A DNA stretch of 64,000 bases from an uncultured archaeon (GCA_964441265.1 CAYYKJ010000005.1:29867-93866), one strand, 5' to 3'. Counted from the stretch's first letter, positions 51,567 through 59,600 are shown. Made by a program: numbers and translations. Notes: generated by a model not told the origin, from the sequence alone.

Positions 51567-52233
51567 ATGGACTTTGCCTTTGAGAATTCGGGCTTCTCAG
51601 ATTTTGACGCAGAGCTTCGGATTTCGAGGTGAAGGAGTGCACAGTCGCCTTCAGAACATGGGAGCTGGATTTTGGAGGGAGCATCGAATCCAGACCCAAT
51701 TTTCAAGATGGGGTTCTGTACTTCGGGGCGGCAGACTACAACGTATTCGGGGTTGATGCGAAAACCGGAAAGGAACTGTGGAGGTTTGACGCGGGCAACC
51801 GGATAGGCGCCCCGGCTCTGGTTCACGGCGACAGGGTTTACTTCGGCTCGGCGAACGGCATCGTCTTCGCCCCCGATTAGAAAAGCGGGGAGGAGCTCTG
51901 GAGGTTCAGGACCAGCCACGAGGTTTGGGCGTTTCCACTCTTCCTGGAGGACAGGATTTACATAGGTAGCACTGACTGTCACATGTACTGCCTGGACGCG
52001 GAAAGCGGGAAGAAGATGTGGGCGTTCCAGACCAGCACCCTCACCGTTTCCCCATGAAAAGGTAGGAAAAGGAGTTCTCCGCGGAAATCATCGTCAGGAA
52101 GGAGGACTATGAGAAGACGGAAGAGGACCAGTACGATATCTCCAAGAGCCACGAAGACATAGAGAGCGAATATACATTCAGGAGCGAGTACACCACCAAT
52201 TCCGAGTACCAGGCAAAGTCGGATTACAAATAA
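51567..52233 (+). pseudogene. disrupted PQQ-like beta-propeller repeat gene (frameshifts plus in-frame TAG)
   Basis: The blades VFGVDAKTGKELWRF, IVFAPD*KSGEELWRF and MYCLDAESGKKMWAF are split by TAG at 51878-51880. An ATG-bearing 5' piece starting at 51567 and an acidic 3' tail (52066-52233) lie in other frames. Confidence 0.45.
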
Positions 52234-52263
52234 ATGATTTAAGTTGTCCCTACAAATCTGATT

Positions 52264-52950
52264 ATGGGAAAAACAATCCTTTTCGACGTGGACGGGACCC
52301 TTATGGACATTCCGGAACTGGGGGAGAGGGTATTCCCTCCCGTACTTAAGGAGGTTTTCAAAAGGGATCTCTTTTTCTCTCCCCGGGCCCAGGGACTCAC
52401 CGACCAGGCAATAGTTTTCAAGTTCATGCAGGAGGCGGGCCTCGGCAGGGAGGAGATAAAAAAGAAGATGGGAGAGGCGATGGAAAAACTCACGGATAAA
52501 TTCAGGAAGAACATAGAAACTGATCTGAGGCCCTTCGTGCTTACCGGGGTGCGCGCCCTTCTGGAGGCGCTCAGGGCGGAGGGGTACGATCTCGGTCTGC
52601 TTACTGGCAACGTCGAGGAGATTGCCTGGGAGAAGATGCGGAGAGCCGGTCTGGAGGGCATTTTCGAGTTCGGGGGCTTCGGGAGCGATGCGGTTGAAAG
52701 GAACGAACTGGTCCCCATAGCGAGGAAGAAAGCAGAAAAGCTGTTGGGAAGGAAGATCGATTCGGGGGATATCATAGTTGTCGGTGACACGCCAAGGGAC
52801 GCTGAATGCGCGAAGGCCGGAGATTCGAAGTTCATGGGCGTCGCCACGGGCATATTCTCCGTGGAGGACCTCGAAAAGGCGGGGGCCAAGCTCGTTTTCG
52901 ATGATTTTTCCGATACCGGGAAAATACTGAAAACAATTAAAGAGTTGTGA
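52264..52950 (+). CDS. HAD-superfamily hydrolase
   Basis: It has motif I (ILFDVDGTL) and motif IV (VVGDTPRD). Confidence 0.8.
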   Translation: MGKTILFDVDGTLMDIPELGERVFPPVLKEVFKRDLFFSPRAQGLTDQAIVFKFMQEAGLGREEIKKKMGEAMEKLTDKFRKNIETDLRPFVLTGVRALLEALRAEGYDLGLLTGNVEEIAWEKMRRAGLEGIFEFGGFGSDAVERNELVPIARKKAEKLLGRKIDSGDIIVVGDTPRDAECAKAGDSKFMGVATGIFSVEDLEKAGAKLVFDDFSDTGKILKTIKEL

Positions 52951-52963
52951 GCAAACATTATTC

Positions 52964-53707
52964 ATGAAACTCACCGTTCTCGGTTCGGGCACGATTGTCC
53001 CTGAGCTGGAGAGGCACATGGCCGGCAATCTTCTGGATGCCGGCGGGAAGAGGATGCTTTTCGACGCCGGGCCGGGGACCGTTTACCAGATACTCAAAGC
53101 GAAGGTGGACATAAGGGACATAGACCACATGTTCTTTACCCATTATCACAACGACCACATCTCCGATCTCCCTGCCCTCTTGTGGATTTATCACGGCAGA
53201 CTGAAGAGGGAAAGGACGCTCAATTTGTACGGGCCTGCCGGCTTCGAGGGTTATGTCGATTTGCTCTCAAAGAAAATCATGAAGCAGGACAAGCTGGACT
53301 GCCCTTTCGTTCCGAAGGGGAACGATGAGACCGAATTCACCGCGGACGGGATCAAGATTTCCACGAGAAGGATGAATCACACGGAGGCGGTAGGTTACAG
53401 GGTCGAGCATAACGGGAAGGTTTTCGCCTACACCGGGGACACCGGTTTCTTTCCGGGTCTTATAGGTTTCGCGAGGGGAGCGGATGTCTTACTCTGCGAA
53501 TGCGCCCTCATGGAGGAGAACCTTGGCGACGAAAAGCACATGACACCGGAGGAATGCGGCAAGGTCGCGAAGGAGGCGGGGGTGAAGAGGCTGGTGCTGA
53601 CCCACATGTATCCCGAGACCCCCAGAGAGAAGGCGAAGGAGATCATTCAGGGGATCTTCGGCGGGGAAGTGGTCGTGGCCAGGGATCTGATGGAGATCGA
53701 GTTCTGA
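52964..53707 (+). CDS. MBL-fold metallo-hydrolase
   Basis: It has the HYHNDHISDL (HxHxDH) motif and, downstream, a TGDTG motif and an LTH histidine motif. Confidence 0.8.
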   Translation: MKLTVLGSGTIVPELERHMAGNLLDAGGKRMLFDAGPGTVYQILKAKVDIRDIDHMFFTHYHNDHISDLPALLWIYHGRLKRERTLNLYGPAGFEGYVDLLSKKIMKQDKLDCPFVPKGNDETEFTADGIKISTRRMNHTEAVGYRVEHNGKVFAYTGDTGFFPGLIGFARGADVLLCECALMEENLGDEKHMTPEECGKVAKEAGVKRLVLTHMYPETPREKAKEIIQGIFGGEVVVARDLMEIEF

Positions 53708-53761
53708 TGCCGGCGTTCACATAGGCGGTATAAATAAAAAACTGACTGCTATGATTAATCC

Positions 53762-54079
53762 ATGATCACTGAAATTACGCTGAAATACAACGAAGGCAGT
53801 TTCATTTTGGGGACGAATGGCATTGATGATTCCAAACCGGTGCGATTCCTAAAAAGCTATCTGAATAATAGAGGGTATGGTCCGGATGAAATTGTGACCA
53901 GTTTATTCGGGAAAGAAGGTCCCATGGCGGCAGAGCCGGGACATCCTGTGGATGGGATCATGTATCACCTAAAGGGTGATCCCGAGGTAATTGACGGTCT
54001 TATGGACCAGTATATCGGAAAGGAAGAGGAACTTTCTTCTGTCCATGTCAGGCATCTCTTTCCGGGTTCTTCCCGGTGA
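53762..54079 (+). CDS. hypothetical protein
   Basis: A 105-aa ORF with TATAAATA 26-33 nt upstream. It shares an ATGATTAATC promoter-proximal motif with the DGR target gene. Confidence 0.4.
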   Translation: MITEITLKYNEGSFILGTNGIDDSKPVRFLKSYLNNRGYGPDEIVTSLFGKEGPMAAEPGHPVDGIMYHLKGDPEVIDGLMDQYIGKEEELSSVHVRHLFPGSSR

Positions 54080-54384
54080 AGAATGTTTAAAAGACCCGAT
54101 TAATCCCGAGAGTAAGAAGTCCATGACTGTTTGATGCTGTTTTTTTGAAGGGGTTCGGTGAAAAAACAGGCAGAGGAATGAGGTAAAAGAACCCATACCC
54201 AATCATATGAGAATCGTTCCGGAGGGACCCGATCCTCATCCCTGGCAGACTGACATACAAAAATAAACTGAGAATAAAGGAATACAGTGACTTCCCCGAA
54301 GAAATTGAATCCAGACAGCAAGAATGACCGACTCCTGAACACATGAATCACAAGGACAGAAGGGGGGTTAACAATGAACATGGG

Positions 54385-54411
54385 AATCTTGTATCGCATT
54401 GCAGAGATAGT
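54385..54411 (+). repeat. direct repeat, copy 1, upstream of the DGR target gene
   Basis: AATCTTGTATCGCATTGCAGAGATAGT compared with 55412-55441 AATCTTGTCTCTGCTCATTGCAGAGATAGT. Confidence 0.6.
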
Positions 54412-54480
54412 CACTTCAGGAAAACGGGGCAATGAAACCGATGCATAACATATATTGACCACCCGAGAGTAATCAAAACA

Positions 54481-54488
54481 TTTATAAA
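54481..54488 (+). promoter_or_regulatory. TATA box of the DGR target gene
   Basis: TTTATAAA lies 24-31 nt upstream of ATG 54512. Confidence 0.4.
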
Positions 54489-54511
54489 CCTTTCCGTCAT
54501 GATTAATCTAT

Positions 54512-55393
54512 ATGACAACAAAGACAGCAGAGAAAATCAGTATGCCAAGCTTCAGGTACAGGGGATTTGACGTCCCTGCTTTAGACCTTTCCACATCGCT
54601 GATTGATGATTTGAAAACTTCAGAGCCCGCATACAAGCTTGCCCCGAAATCCGCTCCGCTTTCATGGAAAGTCGGCCTCTACATGGTCGGCAGGGACCTG
54701 GAAATAGGGTCCGAAGAAGCCGAAGCGCTTCCAGGGCCAGTGAAGGAAGCCGGGAGGATGGTTTATTCCGATTGCCAGGAAAGGAAAGCCGAAGGTACTT
54801 GGCACAAGGACGGAGTCCTGTTCCTCCCAAAGAGCGAGAAGCCGAAGGGCATGTGGCCGATGCCGGATGGCTATGCCTTGGCAAAATACTCAATGGGCAT
54901 CGCTGGTTTCACTGAAAAGGACGGTGTATGGCAACCTGATCCAGAGCATGACACGATAGAGGAATATATGTGGCTGCCACCCGGAGATGGAAGATTCGTT
55001 GCGCCTCCTGATAGCGGTGAGGGTGCATATCACCCATTGGGTCCTCCGAGATTTACGGTCGGGGACAGGAAGGAAGCTGTCAAGAGATGGGTCAATGCGG
55101 GACTTACTGAGCAGCAGGCGGGCAAGGAGCTTTCAATATTCTACAGGGCGGATTCAGGCACGCGTGCCGTTATCTCGTGGTCTGACGGCGACGACGGCCC
55201 GTTGTGCGTTAACCTCTACGGCGAGCCCCGGGGCAGGGGCTCGAGTATCGGCTCGTTCGCCGCGAGTAGGTCTGCCGAGCGGAGCGAGGCTCCGAAGAAT
55301 TCGGGCTACAGGCTGCTCACATCAGACGAATTCAGGTCATTCGAGAACGACAGGAAAGCGCTTGAAACCATCAGGAAGGCCGTCAACAAATAA
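54512..55393 (+). CDS. DGR variable (target) protein, no signal peptide evident
   Basis: A 293-aa ORF whose C-terminal region (ISWSDGDDGPLCVNLYGEPRGRGSSIGSFAASRS) is encoded by the VR. Confidence 0.8.
   Translation: MTTKTAEKISMPSFRYRGFDVPALDLSTSLIDDLKTSEPAYKLAPKSAPLSWKVGLYMVGRDLEIGSEEAEALPGPVKEAGRMVYSDCQERKAEGTWHKDGVLFLPKSEKPKGMWPMPDGYALAKYSMGIAGFTEKDGVWQPDPEHDTIEEYMWLPPGDGRFVAPPDSGEGAYHPLGPPRFTVGDRKEAVKRWVNAGLTEQQAGKELSIFYRADSGTRAVISWSDGDDGPLCVNLYGEPRGRGSSIGSFAASRSAERSEAPKNSGYRLLTSDEFRSFENDRKALETIRKAVNK
55161..55269 (+). repeat. DGR variable repeat (VR)
   Basis: It aligns to TR 55644-55815 with 14 substitutions, all opposite TR adenines, and two gaps of 30 and 33 nt. Confidence 0.85.
55280..55294 (+). 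promoter_or_regulatory. GC-rich hairpin 11 nt downstream of the VR (candidate DGR target-recognition element)
   Basis: CGGAGC-GAG-GCTCCG forms a 6-bp stem with a 3-nt loop. Confidence 0.45.
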
Positions 55394-55411
55394 ATTTCTT
55401 CTTTCTATATT

Positions 55412-55441
55412 AATCTTGTCTCTGCTCATTGCAGAGATAGT
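55412..55441 (+). repeat. direct repeat, copy 2, downstream of the DGR target gene
   Basis: See 54385-54411. It starts 19 nt after the target gene's stop codon. Confidence 0.6.
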
Positions 55442-55643
55442 TGTCCCGGACAGCTGTGCATCGGTGCAGGCACTGTCCAAGGACTTGCCTGGAGCATGCT
55501 TGAACTACATGCCCGGCTGTAGCGCGTGAGAAGAGATCCGATCCGTAATTGCTCGCGCCGTGAAATTCAGCAGCGATAGCCGAAAAATGCGTTAAAGCTG
55601 CGGTGCGGCCCAATGGGGCCATTGGGCAGCCGGGCTACATAAG

Positions 55644-55815
55644 CGCGTGCCGTTAACTCGTGGTCTGACGACAACAACGGCCCGTTGTGCGTTAATGTCG
55701 GAAGAGCATCTTCCAGCAGCGCAAACCTCAACAACGAGCCCCGGAACAGGAAAGACGGCAAGCGAACGCTTGTCTTTGCCCTGAACTCGAATATCGGCTC
55801 GTTCGCCGCGAATAG
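55644..55815 (+). repeat. DGR template repeat (TR)
   Basis: It is the A-rich counterpart of the VR, with AAC/AAT codons in the VR reading frame. It contains two extra segments, about 55696-55725 and 55754-55786. Confidence 0.85.
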
Positions 55816-55858
55816 TTCGGGTTGTCCGGGACCAATACTGATAACAGGACGGTCAGGC

Positions 55859-56386
55859 ATGTCTTACGGTTTGATTTTCCAGAAAACGTACGATCTTGTC
55901 AAATGGGTCTATCCGACCGTCAACAGGTTTCCAAGGAAGCAGCGGCTAATACTGTCGCAGAGGATAGAAGTGACCACTATCAGGATTCTTGAACTCGTTA
56001 TCGACATAAGCCGGCGGGACACCGAAACGACCAGGAGAAAAATACTCCACGAACTTCGCAAGCTCCAGATCCTGCTCAGGTTGTCAAAGGACCTCTCATA
56101 CCTAAGCTTCAGGAAATACGAGCACGCAAGCTCATTGCTGGACGAGATCTCGCGCATTCTTGATAATCGGGGGGGGGGGGGCACCGCATGGATTGCGGAA
56201 ATTTATACGATGAGCTGTGCTCTTTCAGGAATCTTGAGCTTGCCTTCAGGAAAGCCAGGAAAAACAAAAGATGCAGGAAAGACGTGCAGGACTTTGAGTT
56301 CAATCTGGAGAAGAATCTGCTGCGACTCAAGAGCGAGCTTGAGTCCCTTTCTTACAGACCAAAGCCTCTCAAGCAATTTGTTATAA
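55859..56386 (+). CDS. avd: Avd (accessory variability determinant, four-helix bundle); the 3' end is uncertain because of the G13 tract at 56169-56181
   Basis: MSYGLIFQKTYDLVKWVYPTVNRFPRKQRLILSQRIE...LRLSKDLSYLSFRKYEHASSLLDEISRIL is typical of Avd over about 105 aa. After the G-run, the frame as given continues 66 codons into the RT gene. Confidence 0.65.
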   Translation: MSYGLIFQKTYDLVKWVYPTVNRFPRKQRLILSQRIEVTTIRILELVIDISRRDTETTRRKILHELRKLQILLRLSKDLSYLSFRKYEHASSLLDEISRILDNRGGGGTAWIAEIYTMSCALSGILSLPSGKPGKTKDAGKTCRTLSSIWRRICCDSRASLSPFLTDQSLSSNLL

Positions 56387-57264
56387 GGGATCCGAAGACC
56401 AGGCTTATATCAGCATCACATTTCAGGGACAGGGTTGTCCACCACGCCCTGTGCAACATAATACAGCCGATATTCGAAAGGTCGTTCATCCACGATTCGT
56501 ATGCTAACAGGATAAACAAGGGAAGCGGCAGGGCCATCGAAAGGTTCGACTCATTCAAGAGAAAAGCGTCAAGAAATGGGAAATTGCTGAACAGAGCGAA
56601 AGACGGAAACATGGTCATGGGATATGTACTCAAAGCCGACATAAGGCACTTCTTCGATACTGTTGATCATAAAGTCCTTATGAATGTCATAGGAAAGAAG
56701 ATAAAAGACGATAGGGTCCTTGCGCTTGTCGGAAGGATCCTTTGTAACCACGTGACGAAGCAGCAGGGCAAGGGAATGCCCATCGGAAACCTCACAAGCC
56801 AGTTCTTCGCTAACCTCTACCTCGACTGCCTTGATCATTTCGTAAAGCACGATCTTGGAGCCAGATTTTATGTGAGATATGTCGATGATTTCGTGATACT
56901 TCATCAGTCAAGGGAGAGGCTTCAGGAATGGAAGACAACGATATCGGAATTCCTGCGGACTGTCAAACTAAAGCTTCACCCAGAGAAATCGAAAATATAC
57001 CCCATTCATAAGGGAACAGCCTTTCTTGGATACAGGCACTTCTATCACTTCAGGCTGATCAGGAAAAGCAATCTCAGGACGCTGGAGAGCAGAATGGAAA
57101 AGCTCATGGATCTTTACCTAAAAGGCGTGATCGAGTATGAAAAGGTCATTGAAAGCTATGAAGGATGGTCGGCCTACGCGAAACAGGCGAACAGCTATAA
57201 TCTTAGAAGAAGGGTTATCGCAAAATTGAATTCGGATATCAAGCTTAATAAGTGCATTTATTAA
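56188..57264 (+). CDS. DGR-type reverse transcriptase
   Basis: It has RDRVVHHAL, LKADIRHFFD, the DGR-signature MPIGNLTSQFFANLYL and the catalytic YVDDFVIL motif. Confidence 0.92.
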   Translation: MDCGNLYDELCSFRNLELAFRKARKNKRCRKDVQDFEFNLEKNLLRLKSELESLSYRPKPLKQFVIRDPKTRLISASHFRDRVVHHALCNIIQPIFERSFIHDSYANRINKGSGRAIERFDSFKRKASRNGKLLNRAKDGNMVMGYVLKADIRHFFDTVDHKVLMNVIGKKIKDDRVLALVGRILCNHVTKQQGKGMPIGNLTSQFFANLYLDCLDHFVKHDLGARFYVRYVDDFVILHQSRERLQEWKTTISEFLRTVKLKLHPEKSKIYPIHKGTAFLGYRHFYHFRLIRKSNLRTLESRMEKLMDLYLKGVIEYEKVIESYEGWSAYAKQANSYNLRRRVIAKLNSDIKLNKCIY

Positions 57265-57300
57265 ATAGATGCATTGCTAATAACATTCCAAGGTGGGTTA

Positions 57301-57948
57301 ATGATCAATTCTGTCGTATTCGACATGGACGGTGTCCTTCTGGACAGCATCCCCCAGCACAGGGAGGCCTTTGAGGAGGTCTTCAGGGAGAACGGTATTG
57401 AGATATCCAAAGAGGATTTCGTGGAGGTCAGCGGGATGACCACCCCCGACATCATAAGGAACATCGCCAAAAAGCACGGGAAGGAAGTGGACGTAGAGAG
57501 GATGTCGGAGGAGAAGGACAGGAAGGCCATCGAGAAGATATCGGACGACATGAAGATTTTTGACGGGGTCCATGACGTTATCGAGAACCTGAAGAAGAGC
57601 GGATTCAGGATAGGCTTCGCCTCTTCCAGCGACAGGTCCGTGATAGACCATTTCATGGAGAAGAGCGGCCTCGGGGGCATGTTCGATTCCGTCGTAGCTG
57701 GAATAGATCTCCACAGGTCAAAGCCCGACCCGGAGGTTTTTCTGGTTGCCGCCGAAAGGATGGGTTCGGAGCCGGAGGAGTGCGCCGTGGTGGAGGACGC
57801 GAGGAACGGGATAATAGCCGCCAGAAGGGCGGGAATGGTCTGCATAGGGGTGAGGAGTGAATACATCAGGCCGGAGGACCTGGAGAAGGCCGATATCGTG
57901 GTGGATTCCATAAAGGAGATAACCCCCGAATTTCTCGGAAAGCTTTAA
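57301..57948 (+). CDS. HAD hydrolase, beta-phosphoglucomutase-like (paralog 1)
   Basis: It contains VVFDMDGVLLDS...SSS...KPDPEVF...VEDARNGIIAARRAGM. The start was moved to ATG 57301. Confidence 0.8.
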   Translation: MINSVVFDMDGVLLDSIPQHREAFEEVFRENGIEISKEDFVEVSGMTTPDIIRNIAKKHGKEVDVERMSEEKDRKAIEKISDDMKIFDGVHDVIENLKKSGFRIGFASSSDRSVIDHFMEKSGLGGMFDSVVAGIDLHRSKPDPEVFLVAAERMGSEPEECAVVEDARNGIIAARRAGMVCIGVRSEYIRPEDLEKADIVVDSIKEITPEFLGKL

Positions 57949-58000
57949 ATAGGCGGACTCATTGTTAATTGTTTCATCTATCGTGTTGAGAAGTGGTTGT

Positions 58001-58657
58001 ATGATAAATACGGTAATATTCGACATGGACGGGGTGCTCATCGACAGCGTTCCCCATCATTACGAGGTCTTCAGGGACTTCATGAAGGAACACGGGGTGG
58101 AGATAGACATGGACGATTTCAGGGAATTCAACGGGACCACCACCAAGGAAGTGATAGAATATCTGTCCCGGAAGCACGCGAAGGACCTGGACGTCCACGA
58201 ACTCTCCGCAGAGAAGGAGAGGAGGACCTGGAAGAGGATCGCGGAAGAGGCGGATATTTTCGACGGCGTTCACAGCCTGATAGAGGTGCTGAAATACAGC
58301 GGGTTCAGGGTCGCCCTGGCCACCTCGACCGAGAGGGAGCACGCAGAACACTTCTTCAGGATGAGCGGCCTGAAGGACAGGTTCGATTCCATAGTCACAA
58401 AGGATGACGTCCACAGGTCAAAGCCCGACCCGGAGATATTCAGTCTCGCCGCCAAAAGGGCGGGGTCGAGGCCGGAGGAATGCGTGGTCATAGAGGACTC
58501 CAAGAACGGGATTTTGGCCGCCCGCAGGGCCGGCATGAAGTGCATAGGGATAAAGAGCGATTTCGCCAAGGGCGAGCATCTGGAGATGGCCGACCTGCTG
58601 GTGGATTCCATGAAGGATATAACCCTCGATAAAATCAGGCGCATGAGGGATTCATAA
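58001..58657 (+). CDS. HAD hydrolase, beta-phosphoglucomutase-like (paralog 2)
   Basis: It contains VIFDMDGVLIDS...KPDPEIF...IEDSKNGILAARRAGM. The start was moved to ATG 58001. Confidence 0.8.
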   Translation: MINTVIFDMDGVLIDSVPHHYEVFRDFMKEHGVEIDMDDFREFNGTTTKEVIEYLSRKHAKDLDVHELSAEKERRTWKRIAEEADIFDGVHSLIEVLKYSGFRVALATSTEREHAEHFFRMSGLKDRFDSIVTKDDVHRSKPDPEIFSLAAKRAGSRPEECVVIEDSKNGILAARRAGMKCIGIKSDFAKGEHLEMADLLVDSMKDITLDKIRRMRDS

Positions 58658-58921
58658 CATATCAGGGTCATTTATGGCGATCGATACTCCGTGTCTTTTT
58701 CTCAGTCTCCAAGATGCCATTTTCGCTCCGGTATAGGTTCGCGCTGGGGTGTTTTCGATGATCTTTATTTCCTTCCCATCGTTTCTGTAGAGGCTCCCCA
58801 ATCCGTTTTCTACCACTTTGCCATAATGCTCTATGATAACGGATCCGTTCCCCGGGCTGCCGTCTGTCTTTACGGCCGAGACCATGTATTTTGGCTCAAT
58901 TAATCTTCCTATGCTCAACAT
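58652..58921 (-). CDS. hypothetical protein
   Basis: An 89-aa ORF with no motif. Confidence 0.3.
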   Translation of the reverse strand: MLSIGRLIEPKYMVSAVKTDGSPGNGSVIIEHYGKVVENGLGSLYRNDGKEIKIIENTPARTYTGAKMASWRLRKRHGVSIAINDPDML

Positions 58922-58967
58922 CTTATCACCGATTTAGGAATTAATATTCACAGAGTATATAAAACAT

Positions 58968-59600
58968 ATGCATATGCGTACGGGCGCGATCAGGGCGATA
59001 ATATTCGACCTGGGAGGGGTTATCGCCTGCGAGGACTGGGATTCCTACGGGGAGACCGTCTGGAAGAATCTCGCTGAATTCCTCGGGATGGAAGAGAAAG
59101 AAGTCGGAAAAATTTTCCATAAGTATTACAGGGACGTCGGTCTGGAATCGGGAAAGGGGAGCGAGACCGAATACTTCTCTGAGCTCGCCGGTGCGTCACC
59201 CGAAAACCTCTCGGAGAACGACGTGAGGGATTACTATCTTTCGCTTTTCTACGCACATGGGGAGGTTCTGGAGCTGGTCAGGAAGCTCTCCGGATCGTAT
59301 CCCCTTTACATGATCTCCAATGACGTTGCCTCCTGGTTCGACTTCAAGGTCAGGAAATTCGGCCTGCGCCCCCTTTTCAAGGGACTGTTCTGCTCCGGGC
59401 ACATAGGCTACGTTAAGCCTGATCCCAGGATATATGAATATGCCCTTTCAAAGATACCGGAGAATCCGGGTGAATGCGTGTTCATAGACAATCTGGAGAG
59501 AAACCTCCATCCCGCGGAAAGGCTGGGGGTTAAGACCATACTTTTCAGATCCGCCGGTCAGCTCAGGGAAGACCTGGGGAAGATGGGGATAAAAATCTGA
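58968..59600 (+). CDS. HAD-superfamily hydrolase (third copy, divergent)
   Basis: It contains IIFDLGGVIA...ISND...KPDPRIY...FIDNLERN. Confidence 0.75.
   Translation: MHMRTGAIRAIIFDLGGVIACEDWDSYGETVWKNLAEFLGMEEKEVGKIFHKYYRDVGLESGKGSETEYFSELAGASPENLSENDVRDYYLSLFYAHGEVLELVRKLSGSYPLYMISNDVASWFDFKVRKFGLRPLFKGLFCSGHIGYVKPDPRIYEYALSKIPENPGECVFIDNLERNLHPAERLGVKTILFRSAGQLREDLGKMGIKI

Larger units (their letters stand above)
54512..57264 (+). mobile_element. diversity-generating retroelement (target gene with VR, then TR, avd, RT)
   Basis: It has the canonical component order, an adenine-specific TR/VR mismatch pattern and DGR-type RT motifs. Confidence 0.9.

Noticed and set aside
51878-52065. The in-frame TAG codons as evidence for amber recoding (pyrrolysine or genetic code reassignment).
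   Set aside because: TAG terminates well-defined genes in the same window (trpS at 1707-1709 and the gene ending at 5907). No pyl genes are seen, and the same locus also has frame breaks, so gene decay is more parsimonious.
54100-54462. Minus-strand ORFs (77-120 aa) in the AT-richer spacer between 53762..54079 and the DGR target gene.
   Set aside because: Three mutually overlapping ORFs in different frames, none with a motif or a convincing promoter. The region contains the upstream direct repeat and is more likely non-coding. A small membrane protein cannot be excluded.
55685-56386. A single 233-aa ORF spanning the TR and avd.
   Set aside because: Its first 58 codons are just the TR read in the VR frame. 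The Avd-like sequence starts at ATG 55859, and the 3' part depends on the length of the G13 tract.
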